64,000 nucleotides of DNA from Flavobacterium sp. (GTDB lineage: Bacteria > Bacteroidota > Bacteroidia > Flavobacteriales > Flavobacteriaceae): positions 16,842-80,841 of the forward strand of contig NZ_JAYWFT010000125.1 of NCBI RefSeq assembly GCF_043778725.1, written 5' to 3'. The notes beneath the pieces are model-generated. The model was not told where the DNA came from. It ran no database searches and was given only the letters and a program-made list of their open reading frames with translations. Positions 55,815-64,000 of this stretch are shown one piece after another. The position numbers were made by a program, and so were the translations under genes. Position 1 is the first letter of the stretch; every line of letters starts with the position of its first letter.

Positions 55815-57074
55815 ATGGAAAATTTTAATATGTCGAAACACACTTCTTTTTACGCATTAGGTTTGAGTTATAAAAAAGCAGACGCCGCTATTAGAGGTAA
55901 GTTTAGTTTAGACAATCAAGCAAAGTCAACTTTGTTAATACAAGCCGAAGCTGAAGGAATTGAAGCATTGCTAGTGACTTCTACTTGTAATAGAACTGAG
56001 ATTTATGGTTTTGCTCAACATCCATATCAATTAATAAAATTACTTTGTGAAAACAGTAATGGTAGCGTTGAAGAATTTCAAGAAGTTGCCTATATCTATA
56101 AAAATCAAGAAGCAATCAATCACATGTTTCGTGTTGGAACAGGTTTAGACAGTCAAATTCTTGGGGATTTTGAAATTATTAGCCAGTTAAAAATCGCTTT
56201 CAACGAAAGTAAATCTAACGGAATGGTAAATTCTTTCCTTGAAAGATTAGTGAATTCGGTTATTCAAGCTAGTAAAAAAATTAAAACGGATACCGATATT
56301 TCTTCTGGAGCAACATCGGTTTCATTTGCATCTGTTCAATATATTATCAAAAACGTAGCCGATATTTCCAATAAAAACATATTACTTTTTGGAACAGGAA
56401 AAATTGGTAGAAACACTTGCGAAAATCTCGTAAAACATACCAAGCACGATCATATTACTTTAATAAACCGTACTAAAGATAAAGCCGAAAAATTAGCTCA
56501 AAAATTGGATTTAATTGTTAAAGATTACGCCGATTTACAGTTGGAACTTCAAAAAGCCGATGTTGTAGTTGTTGCCACTGGAGCACAAAATCCTACTATT
56601 GATAAAGCGATTTTAAATCTGAAAAAACCTTTGTTGATTTTAGATTTATCTATTCCAAAAAATGTTCACGAAAATGTAAAAGAGGTTGAAGGTGTAACGT
56701 TAATTCATCTTGATCATTTGTCTCAAATTACAGATGAAACGTTAGAAAAACGTAAATTACATATTCCTGCAGCCGAAATAATTATTGAAGAAATAAAAGA
56801 AGAATTCATAGCTTGGACTAAAAACAGAAAATTTGCACCAACAATTCAAGCATTAAAAGAAAAATTAAATTCTATAAAAGACGGAGAATTGAATTTTCAA
56901 CGCAAAAAATTATCTAATTTTGACGAACATCAAGCCGAATTAATAAGCAATAGAATCATTCAAAAAATCACCAATCATTTTGTAAACCATTTAAAAGATG
57001 GCGAATCAATGGACGAAGGTATTGAATGGATTGAAAAAGTATTTCAGTTAGAACAAGAGAAATCATTTTTTTAA
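55815..57074 (+). CDS. hemA: Glutamyl-tRNA reductase
   Basis: LVTSTCNRTEIY, HMFRVGTGLDSQILGDFEIISQLK, GTGKIG, INRT, ILDLSIPKNV. Confidence 0.96.
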   Translation: MENFNMSKHTSFYALGLSYKKADAAIRGKFSLDNQAKSTLLIQAEAEGIEALLVTSTCNRTEIYGFAQHPYQLIKLLCENSNGSVEEFQEVAYIYKNQEAINHMFRVGTGLDSQILGDFEIISQLKIAFNESKSNGMVNSFLERLVNSVIQASKKIKTDTDISSGATSVSFASVQYIIKNVADISNKNILLFGTGKIGRNTCENLVKHTKHDHITLINRTKDKAEKLAQKLDLIVKDYADLQLELQKADVVVVATGAQNPTIDKAILNLKKPLLILDLSIPKNVHENVKEVEGVTLIHLDHLSQITDETLEKRKLHIPAAEIIIEEIKEEFIAWTKNRKFAPTIQALKEKLNSIKDGELNFQRKKLSNFDEHQAELISNRIIQKITNHFVNHLKDGESMDEGIEWIEKVFQLEQEKSFF

Positions 57075-57098
57075 AGATAAAATTTCACAACAATAAAC

Positions 57099-57126
57099 CT
57101 TAATGAACCTTAATTCCTTAATGGTT
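57099..57126. repeat. Half copy of the AACCATTAAGG palindromic element
   Basis: CTTAATGAACCTTAATTCCTTAATGGTT, 27/28 identical to 4937-4964. Confidence 0.85.
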
Positions 57127-57140
57127 CAAAAAAGAATAAA

Positions 57141-58067
57141 ATGTCTGAAAAAACAATACGTATAGGAACTCGTGATAGTGAATTAGCGCTTTGGCAAGCA
57201 CACACGGTTCAAAAACAATTAAACGATTTAGGTTACAAAACCGAAATTATAGCCGTAAAATCGCAAGGTGATATCCTACTTGATAAGCCGCTTTACGAAT
57301 TAGGAATTACCGGAATTTTCACAAAAACATTAGACATTGCAATGATTAACGGTCAAGTTGATATTGCAGTGCATTCTATGAAAGATGTTCCAACGGCGCT
57401 TCCAATTGGAATTGTGCAAGCAGCAGTTTTAGAAAGAGCCAATATTTTAGATATTTTAGTTCACAAAGGCAACTTAGATTTTTTAGAATATAATGGAACA
57501 ATCGCCACAGGAAGTTTGCGTCGTCAGGCAATGTGGTGGAACAAATATCCAAATCACAAAGTGGTCGATTTACGCGGAAATGTAAACACGAGAATGCAAA
57601 AATTGCAGGATAATGATTGGAGTGGAGCCGTTTTTGCAGCCGCAGGTTTAGAAAGAATCAACTTAAAACCTGATAATTATATCAATCTCGATTGGATGAT
57701 TCCTGCACCAGCACAAGGCGCAATGTTAGTTGTTGCAATGGATGAAGACGAATTTACGTTGGATGCACTTTCACAATTAAATCACATTGAAACCGAAATC
57801 TGTACCTATATAGAAAGACAATTTCTAAAAACGCTCGAAGGTGGATGTACTGCGCCAATTGGAGCTATTGCAACGTATAACGAAAAGGAAGATACTATCA
57901 ATTTTAAAGGAGTTTTACTATCAATTGATGGAAAACAAAAACTAGAAATAGAAAAACTAGTTGACATTTCTGAATGGAAAAAACTAGGATTCAATGCCGC
58001 ACAAGAAATTTTGAATAATGGCGGAAGTGAACTGATGATAGAAATAAAGAAACAATTGAAGAAATAA
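57141..58067 (+). CDS. hemC: Hydroxymethylbilane synthase
   Basis: IGTRDSELALWQA, DIAVHSMKDVP, TGSLRR, LRGNVNTR, LEGGCTAPIG. Confidence 0.97.
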   Translation: MSEKTIRIGTRDSELALWQAHTVQKQLNDLGYKTEIIAVKSQGDILLDKPLYELGITGIFTKTLDIAMINGQVDIAVHSMKDVPTALPIGIVQAAVLERANILDILVHKGNLDFLEYNGTIATGSLRRQAMWWNKYPNHKVVDLRGNVNTRMQKLQDNDWSGAVFAAAGLERINLKPDNYINLDWMIPAPAQGAMLVVAMDEDEFTLDALSQLNHIETEICTYIERQFLKTLEGGCTAPIGAIATYNEKEDTINFKGVLLSIDGKQKLEIEKLVDISEWKKLGFNAAQEILNNGGSELMIEIKKQLKK

Positions 58068-58072
58068 AATTG

Positions 58073-58135
58073 AACCATTAAGGTATTAAGTTTCATTAAG
58101 TTTTACTCTTAATTTTTCTTAATACCTTAATGGTT
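58073..58135. repeat. Palindromic element (AACCATTAAGG family), full copy in the opposite orientation to 4903-4964
   Basis: Perfect 18-bp arms at 58073-58090 and 58118-58135; inner arms AAAAATTAAG / CTTAATGAA when read on the minus strand. Confidence 0.9.
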
Positions 58136-58148
58136 TAAAAAGAAAAAA

Positions 58149-58820
58149 ATGACAAAACAAATCAACATATTATCCACCAAAAAGCTTTTACCAAATCAAA
58201 AGCAAGAATTATTAGACGCTAACTTTACAGTTGTTGAAGAAGATTTTATCGAAACCAATATCAAGAATTTTGAGCTGTCTAAAATCAACAAAAATCTAAT
58301 TTTTACAAGCCAAAACGCCGTTCAAAGTATTTTACAACATCCAAAATGTGAAGATTTAAAAAGCAAAGATGTTTTTTCAATCGGAATGAAAACCAAAGAT
58401 TTATTAACCGAAAACGGATTTAATGTTGTAGCTTATACAGGTTACGCAGCAGATTTGGCAGAAATAATATCCTTAATTTATTCAGAAGAAACCTTCACTT
58501 TTTTCAGCGGAAATTTACGTCGTGATGTGTTACCAGAAACGTTAAAAGAAAACGGAATTACATTCAACGAAATAGAAGTATACGAAACCAAAATAACATC
58601 CAAAAAAATAACAAAAAAACTCGACGGAATTCTATTTTTCAGTCCATCTGCAGTAGAAAGTTATTTTAAAATGAATACCATAAAAGACGAAACCTGTTTT
58701 TGCATTGGCGAAACCACAGCAGAAGCTTTAGAAAACAATAAAATAAAAAATATCGTAATTGCAGACAAACCATCAGTTGAAAATGTAATTTATGAAGTAA
58801 TAGAATATTATAACAATTAA
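58149..58820 (+). CDS. hemD: Uroporphyrinogen-III synthase
   Basis: [48 protein letters not shown]. Confidence 0.92.
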   Translation: MTKQINILSTKKLLPNQKQELLDANFTVVEEDFIETNIKNFELSKINKNLIFTSQNAVQSILQHPKCEDLKSKDVFSIGMKTKDLLTENGFNVVAYTGYAADLAEIISLIYSEETFTFFSGNLRRDVLPETLKENGITFNEIEVYETKITSKKITKKLDGILFFSPSAVESYFKMNTIKDETCFCIGETTAEALENNKIKNIVIADKPSVENVIYEVIEYYNN

Positions 58821-58821
58821 A

Positions 58822-58854
58822 CTTTGTGCCTTTGTGCCTTAGCGCCTTTGTGGC
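58822..58854. repeat. Short-period repeat (CTTTGTGC/CTTAGCGC units), a half element
   Basis: CTTTGTGC-CTTTGTGC-CTTAGCGC-CTTTGTGGC, 8-nt period, GC-richer than its flanks. Confidence 0.75.
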
Positions 58855-58870
58855 AAAAAACATAAGAAAA

Positions 58871-59896
58871 ATGATCAAAAACGACCTATTTTTAAGAGCA
58901 TTAAACAACGAAACGGTAGAACGTCCACCAGTTTGGATGATGCGTCAAGCCGGAAGATATTTACCAGAATTCAGAGCTTTGCGTGACAAATACGATTTTT
59001 TCACACGTTGCGAAACTCCAGAATTAGCTGCCGAAATCACAGTGCAACCTATTAGAATTGTAAAACCAGATGCTGCAATTTTATTTTCTGATATTTTGGT
59101 AGTTCCACGTGCAATGGGAATTCACGTTGAATTGAAAGACAATTTGGGACCGATAATTCCAAATCCAATTCGTACAATGGAACAAGTCAATCAAGTAATT
59201 GTTCCCGATGTTCATGAAACTTTGGGTTACGTTTTTGATGCCATCAAATTAACCAAAGAAATGTTGAACGATGAGGTGCCGCTTATTGGTTTTGCAGGTT
59301 CGCCTTGGACCATTTTTTGCTATTGTGTAGAAGGAAAAGGGTCAAAAAGTTTTGATACAGCGAAAGGTTTTTGTTTTTCAAATCCAATTGCAGCGCATAC
59401 ATTATTACAAAAAATCACAGATACAACTATTCTATATTTAAAAGAAAAAGTAAAAGCAGGTTGCAACGCCGTTCAGATTTTCGATTCTTGGGGCGGAATG
59501 TTATCGCCTGTAGATTATCAAGAATTCTCTTGGAAATACATCAACCAAATCGTTGACGCTTTAGCAGAAGACACTAAAGTTATTGTTTTCGGAAAAGGAT
59601 GTTGGTTTGCATTGAACGATATGGCGAAAAGTAAAGCATCAGCACTTGGTGTAGATTGGACATGTTCAGCAAGAAATGCTCGTTATTTAACAGGCGGAAA
59701 AATCACATTACAAGGAAATTTTGATCCATCAAGATTATTATCGCCAATTCCAACCATCAAAAAAATGGTTCACGAAATGATAGACGAATTCGGAAAAGAC
59801 AATTATATAGTAAATCTAGGTCACGGAATTTTACCAAATATTCCAGTAGATCATGCCAAGGCTTTTATTGAAGCGGTTAAGGAGTATAATTCTTAA
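58871..59896 (+). CDS. hemE: Uroporphyrinogen decarboxylase
   Basis: [53 protein letters not shown]; start set at ATG 58871 because GTG 58826 is inside the repeat. Confidence 0.97.
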   Translation: MIKNDLFLRALNNETVERPPVWMMRQAGRYLPEFRALRDKYDFFTRCETPELAAEITVQPIRIVKPDAAILFSDILVVPRAMGIHVELKDNLGPIIPNPIRTMEQVNQVIVPDVHETLGYVFDAIKLTKEMLNDEVPLIGFAGSPWTIFCYCVEGKGSKSFDTAKGFCFSNPIAAHTLLQKITDTTILYLKEKVKAGCNAVQIFDSWGGMLSPVDYQEFSWKYINQIVDALAEDTKVIVFGKGCWFALNDMAKSKASALGVDWTCSARNARYLTGGKITLQGNFDPSRLLSPIPTIKKMVHEMIDEFGKDNYIVNLGHGILPNIPVDHAKAFIEAVKEYNS

Positions 59897-59900
59897 GTAA

Positions 59901-60440
59901 ATGGAATTCAGCAATTGGAAACTCGACAAAATAGAAAATATTCGCTTTGAAGAATTTTTTGATTTAATAGAAAATAACAGAAATCGTATTATAAAAACAT
60001 TTCCTGTAACAGTTTCTAATTGTATTGATTTAAAAGCAACAGGAGAATTCATTACTAAAAATATCCAAATAGAAATAGAAAGAACAGGTTACTATTTTTA
60101 TGTTAGAAATATAGAAACCAATAATTTAATTGGATATATTGGCATTAAAAAAATAGATTATAACATTTCAAAATGCGAATTATTCTATTTTATTGACAAC
60201 CATTTTGAAGGCAAAGGAATTATTTCAAAAGCAGTTTCTGAAGTAATTGGTTTTTGTTTCAATGAATTAAAAATGAACAAGATTTTTATTTGTACTTCAA
60301 AAATTAATTTTGGAAGTCAGCAAATTGCATTAAAAAACGGATTTATTCATGAAGGAACTTTGCGAGAAGAATTTAAAAATCACGAAGGAGTTTTAGAAGA
60401 TATTAATTACTATGGATTATTGAAATCAGATTATAAATGA
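59901..60440 (+). CDS. GNAT N-acetyltransferase (RimJ/RimL type)
   Basis: ELFYFID..FEGKGIISKAV, NFGSQQIALKNGF.HEGTLR. Confidence 0.85.
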   Translation: MEFSNWKLDKIENIRFEEFFDLIENNRNRIIKTFPVTVSNCIDLKATGEFITKNIQIEIERTGYYFYVRNIETNNLIGYIGIKKIDYNISKCELFYFIDNHFEGKGIISKAVSEVIGFCFNELKMNKIFICTSKINFGSQQIALKNGFIHEGTLREEFKNHEGVLEDINYYGLLKSDYK

Positions 60441-61156
60441 CAAATTGTAAAAACTGTAACCATCAAGTTGTAGATGATTTTTGTTCAAAATGTGGACAAC
60501 CAAAGAACATAAAAAGAATTGATTTTCACTATATGGTTCACGAAATTGAGCATCTTCTTCATTTTGAAAAAGGATTTCATTTTACGGCTTGGCAACTAAT
60601 CATAAAACCAGGAAAAACAATTCGTACCTATTTATTTGAAAACAGAAATAAATATGTAAAACCAATCGTTTATCTGTTTTTTGCATCGTTAATTTTCACT
60701 TTGTTAACACATTTTCTTCATATTAAATATACTTACTTGAATGTAGGATATATAGAACCATTAAAAGATAAAGTAAATTTAAAAACCATTGATCATTGGT
60801 TAATTAGTCATATTGCGTACACCAATATTATTGTAGGATTCTGTATTGCACCTTGGTTGATGTTGTTGTATAGAAAAAGAAAATACAATATTTTCGAAAT
60901 GATTGTAGTGATGTCCTATGTTTTAGCCACAGGATTACTTGTCATTTTGCCATTAATCATGTTAGTTAAATTGACACCTTTTTTTAGTAATTTGACGATC
61001 TTTTTTATTATTTATCAAATTTGGGCAATTGGACAATTTTTCGGAGAGAGAAAATTAGTAAACTATTTAAAAGCACTGTTGGCGTTTATACTTGGAGTAT
61101 TAACTCACGTTGCTATCTTTTTTGTAATAGGATATGTCAATAAATTTTATTTGTAA
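60437..61156 (+). CDS. DUF3667-like membrane protein with an N-terminal Zn ribbon
   Basis: CKNC...FCSKCGQ, L.IKPGK.IR.YL..NR.KYVKP, multiple TM segments. Confidence 0.82.
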   Translation: MTNCKNCNHQVVDDFCSKCGQPKNIKRIDFHYMVHEIEHLLHFEKGFHFTAWQLIIKPGKTIRTYLFENRNKYVKPIVYLFFASLIFTLLTHFLHIKYTYLNVGYIEPLKDKVNLKTIDHWLISHIAYTNIIVGFCIAPWLMLLYRKRKYNIFEMIVVMSYVLATGLLVILPLIMLVKLTPFFSNLTIFFIIYQIWAIGQFFGERKLVNYLKALLAFILGVLTHVAIFFVIGYVNKFYL

Positions 61157-61159
61157 GCT

Positions 61160-61204
61160 ATGAAAAATAAATTCTGCCAATACATACAAAATTTACAATA
61201 TTAA
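61160..61204 (+). pseudogene. Duplicated hemF 5' remnant (MKNKFCQYIQNLQY*)
   Basis: 61160-61198 matches 62042-62080 at 36/39 nt. Confidence 0.85.
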
Positions 61205-61207
61205 ATT

Positions 61208-62041
61208 ATGACCAAAGAAACCGCCATAAAACTATTTGAACAAAAACAAATTCGTTCTATTTGGAATGAAGATGATGAAAAATGGTATTTTTCTATTGTT
61301 GATGTTATTCAAGTTTTGACAGAAAGTACTATACCAAAAAGATATTGGACAGATTTAAAAAAGAAATTAAGTCTAGAAGGAAGTCAGTTGTACGATAATA
61401 TCGTACAACTGAAATTACAGTCATCAGATGGTAAGTTTTACAAAACCGATGTAGCCGATACCGAACAATTGTTCCGATTAATTCAATCTGTTCCATCAAA
61501 AAAAGCAGAACCTTTTAAATTATGGTTAGCACAAGTTGGTAGAGAACGTATAGACGAAATTGAAGATCCAGAACTTGGTTTTGACAGACTTATGGAAACT
61601 TATCTCAAAAAAGGATATTCTAAAGAATGGGTTAACCAACGCTTAAAAAGCATTGAGGTAAGAAAAGAGCTTACTGATGAATGGGATAATCGAGGTGTAA
61701 AAAAAGGTCAAGAATATGCAATATTAACTGATGAAATTACTAAAGCTTGGAGTGGTTTATCGGTTAAACAATATAAAAATCACAAAGGATTAAAAAAAGA
61801 AAACTTACGTGATAACATGAGTAATCTTGAATTGGTTTTAAATATGTTAGCAGAAGCAACCACTACAGAAATCAGCAAAGAAAAGAAGCCAAAAACATTT
61901 GCTCAAAATAAGAAAATAGCCAATCAAGGCGGAACTATCGCAGGTAATACTCGAAAAGAAATTGAAGCAAAAACAGGAAAGAAAATTGTAAATAAATTAA
62001 ACGCTTCCGATTATCTGCAAAACAAAAAAGAATTGGAATAA
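61208..62041 (+). CDS. BRO-N domain protein (phage antirepressor-like)
   Basis: IRSIWN...KWYFSIVDVI.VLT...YW..LK.KL...DGKFYKTDVA..EQLFRLIQSVPS.KAEPFKLWLA. Confidence 0.85.
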   Translation: MTKETAIKLFEQKQIRSIWNEDDEKWYFSIVDVIQVLTESTIPKRYWTDLKKKLSLEGSQLYDNIVQLKLQSSDGKFYKTDVADTEQLFRLIQSVPSKKAEPFKLWLAQVGRERIDEIEDPELGFDRLMETYLKKGYSKEWVNQRLKSIEVRKELTDEWDNRGVKKGQEYAILTDEITKAWSGLSVKQYKNHKGLKKENLRDNMSNLELVLNMLAEATTTEISKEKKPKTFAQNKKIANQGGTIAGNTRKEIEAKTGKKIVNKLNASDYLQNKKELE

Positions 62042-62944
62042 ATGAAAAATAAATTCTACCAATACATACAAAATCTGCAAGACCAAATCGTTGCCGGATT
62101 AGAAGCTGTCGAAGGTCAAGCCAAATTCCGTGAAGACATTTGGGAACGTCCAGAAGGCGGCGGCGGAAGAACACGAGTTATAGAAAACGGAAAAGTAATC
62201 GAAAAAGGCGGTGTTAATATTTCGGCAGTTCATGGAAAATTACCTGAAGCAATGCAAAAAATGTTCAACGTCGGTGAAGCCGATTTTTTCGCTTGCGGAT
62301 TAAGTTTGGTGATTCATCCTAGAAATCCAATGGCGCCAACGGTTCATGCCAATTGGCGTTATTTTGAAATGTACGATGATGCTGGAAACGTAATAAATTC
62401 ATGGTTTGGTGGCGGACAAGATTTAACACCGTATTATTTATTTGAAGAAGATGCCATTCATTTTCATCAAACTTGTAAAACAGCTTGCGACAAACACAAT
62501 TTAGAATTTTATCCAAAATATAAAAAGCAATGCGATACTTACTTTTGGAACGCACACCGAAATGAAGCTCGTGGACTTGGCGGATTATTCTTCGATTATT
62601 GCAAGGAAACCGGAGACATGAAAATGGAAGATTGGTTCAATTTTGTAACCGAAGTTGGAAACAGTTTCCTTCAAGCCTATGCTCCAATTTTAGAAAAAAG
62701 AAAAGATTTACCATATACAGAAGCACAACGAACTTGGCAAGAAATCCGTCGCGGTCGTTACGTTGAATTCAATTTAGTTCACGACAAAGGCACGCTTTTC
62801 GGACTAAAAACCAACGGAAGAATTGAAAGTATTTTGATGAGTTTGCCACCAAATGTGCAATGGGTTTACGATCATCATCCAGAAGTTGGTAGCGAAGAAG
62901 AAAGATTAATTAAAGTATTAGAAAACCCAATAGACTGGATTTAA
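62042..62944 (+). CDS. hemF: Oxygen-dependent coproporphyrinogen-III oxidase
   Basis: EKGGVNISAVHG, SLVIHP.NP.APTVHANWRYF, WFGGGQDLTP, RRGRYVEFNL.HDKGTLFGL. Confidence 0.97.
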   Translation: MKNKFYQYIQNLQDQIVAGLEAVEGQAKFREDIWERPEGGGGRTRVIENGKVIEKGGVNISAVHGKLPEAMQKMFNVGEADFFACGLSLVIHPRNPMAPTVHANWRYFEMYDDAGNVINSWFGGGQDLTPYYLFEEDAIHFHQTCKTACDKHNLEFYPKYKKQCDTYFWNAHRNEARGLGGLFFDYCKETGDMKMEDWFNFVTEVGNSFLQAYAPILEKRKDLPYTEAQRTWQEIRRGRYVEFNLVHDKGTLFGLKTNGRIESILMSLPPNVQWVYDHHPEVGSEEERLIKVLENPIDWI

Positions 62945-62990
62945 TAACTAAACACACTGGTAAAACAGTTGCGAGTTTTTTATAAAAGAT

Positions 62991-62998
62991 TACCTTTG
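62991..62998 (+). promoter_or_regulatory. Bacteroidota promoter for trhO
   Basis: TACCTTTG with TTG at 62969-62971 (19-nt spacer). Confidence 0.65.
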
Positions 62999-63077
62999 TA
63001 TTAGAATTCTTCCATTTAGAATTTAAAATATATTTCTGTAATAACGCACCAAAGTGCACCGCCAAAACGTTTATAGC

Positions 63078-64000
63078 ATGCAACTGTATAACACTTTAAG
63101 CGCAGAAGAAAGGAAAGAGCTGATTGATTTAGCTGGTAAACAACGTCTTACGTTGTCTTTCTATGCGTATGCCAAAATTGAAAACCCCAAAAAATTTCGC
63201 GACGATTTATTCATCCAGTGGAACCAACTCGATGCTCTTGGCAGAACGTATGTTGCCAAAGAAGGAATTAATGCTCAAATGAGTGTTCCTGCAGAAAATA
63301 TTGAAGCCTTCCGGGAAACCTTAGAAAATTATGATTTTATGCGAGGCATTCGCCTGAATGTCGCTGTTGAACAAGACGATCATTCTTTTTTGAAACTTAC
63401 AGTAAAAGTTCGTGATAAAATTGTAGCCGACGGTTTGAAAGACGAAACATTTGACGTAACCAATATTGGAGTTCATTTAAAAGCCAAGGAATTCAATCAA
63501 ATATTAGAAGATCCAAATACTATTTTAGTCGATTTTAGAAATCATTACGAAAGTGAAATTGGTCATTTTAAAGGTGCGATAACCCCAGATGTGGAAACTT
63601 TTAGAGAAAGTTTGCCAATAATTAACGAGCAATTAAAAGATTTTAAAGAAGATAAAAACTTAGTGATGTATTGCACTGGTGGAATTCGATGTGAGAAAGC
63701 TTCGGCTTATTTCAAGCATCAAGGTTTTAAAAATGTATTTCAATTGGAAGGCGGAATTATCAATTATGCCAAACAAATTCAGGAAGAAAATATCGAAAGT
63801 AAATTCATAGGGAAAAATTTTGTTTTCGATCATCGACTTGGCGAAAGAATTACAGACGATATCGTTTCGCAATGCCATCAATGCGGAAAACCATGCGATA
63901 ATCACACCAATTGTGAAAACGAAGGTTGCCATTTGTTATTCATTCAATGTGATGATTGTAAAGTTGCGATGGAAAATTGTTGTTCTACAGAATGTCAGGA
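63078..64000 (+). CDS. trhO: Rhodanese-domain tRNA uridine(34) hydroxylase TrhO, runs off the window
   Basis: Absent from the ORF track. Manual translation gives MQLYNTLSAEER...TLSFYAY...GRTYVAKEGINAQ...DFRNHYE..IGHF...MYCTGGIRCEKA...QLEGGI..Y...FVFDHR. Confidence 0.9.
   Translation, partial: MQLYNTLSAEERKELIDLAGKQRLTLSFYAYAKIENPKKFRDDLFIQWNQLDALGRTYVAKEGINAQMSVPAENIEAFRETLENYDFMRGIRLNVAVEQDDHSFLKLTVKVRDKIVADGLKDETFDVTNIGVHLKAKEFNQILEDPNTILVDFRNHYESEIGHFKGAITPDVETFRESLPIINEQLKDFKEDKNLVMYCTGGIRCEKASAYFKHQGFKNVFQLEGGIINYAKQIQEENIESKFIGKNFVFDHRLGERITDDIVSQCHQCGKPCDNHTNCENEGCHLLFIQCDDCKVAMENCCSTECQ

Noticed and set aside
58826-58870. Extended hemE N-terminus ([11 protein letters not shown]...)
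   Set aside because: The GTG is within the CTTTGTGC repeat; the ATG at 58871 gives the normal [11 protein letters not shown] start
61208-62041. Prophage around the BRO-N gene
   Set aside because: No other phage genes nearby; flanked directly by haem-pathway and membrane genes
957-63932. Many short ORFs in the track overlapping long genes on the opposite strand or in another frame (e.g. 957-1163, 1568-1780, 1656-1874, 5177-5392, 7763-8047, 16817-17146, 25515-25949, 50091-50462, 61935-62174, 63660-63932)
   Set aside because: They are shadows of well-supported genes, with no motifs and with composition typical of antisense frames
1-64000. CRISPR array, rRNA, tRNA, IS element or integrase
   Set aside because: No regularly spaced direct repeats with unique spacers, no cloverleaf or rRNA-like GC-rich segments, and no transposase or tyrosine/serine recombinase motifs in any ORF

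Overview
AT-rich chromosomal segment of a Flavobacterium-like bacterium (Bacteroidota). This is supported by TAnnTTTG promoter boxes, sprE and a T9SS cargo protein. It is mostly conserved housekeeping synteny: purD, upp, sprE-bactofilin-atpZ, atpBEFHAG, flippase-dut-nucleotidyltransferase-TPR-DUF4292-EnvC-like, recA, an ECF sigma locus, trpS, dprA, hemJ/hemH/AraC//hemACDE..hemF and trhO. Small accessory insertions interrupt this backbone. The best candidates for something new are: (1) an operon at 22.8-28.1 kb (plus a possibly linked AAA+ ATPase to 29.6 kb) joining a coiled-coil protein, a membrane-anchored PspA/ESCRT-III-like protein, a membrane-anchored solute-binding protein fused to an OmpA peptidoglycan-binding domain and a NitT/TauT-type ABC transporter; (2) a DUF6602-like nuclease gene with integron-cassette-like boundaries (6.0-7.0 kb) and no integrase in the window; (3) two accessory genes bracketed by ~40-bp direct duplications (the atpG terminator around an LRR-T9SS gene, and the hemF 5' end around a BRO-N gene); (4) several families of short palindromic intergenic elements. 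No rRNA, tRNA, CRISPR array, IS or integrase was seen. All family assignments come from motif recognition by eye, with no database search.
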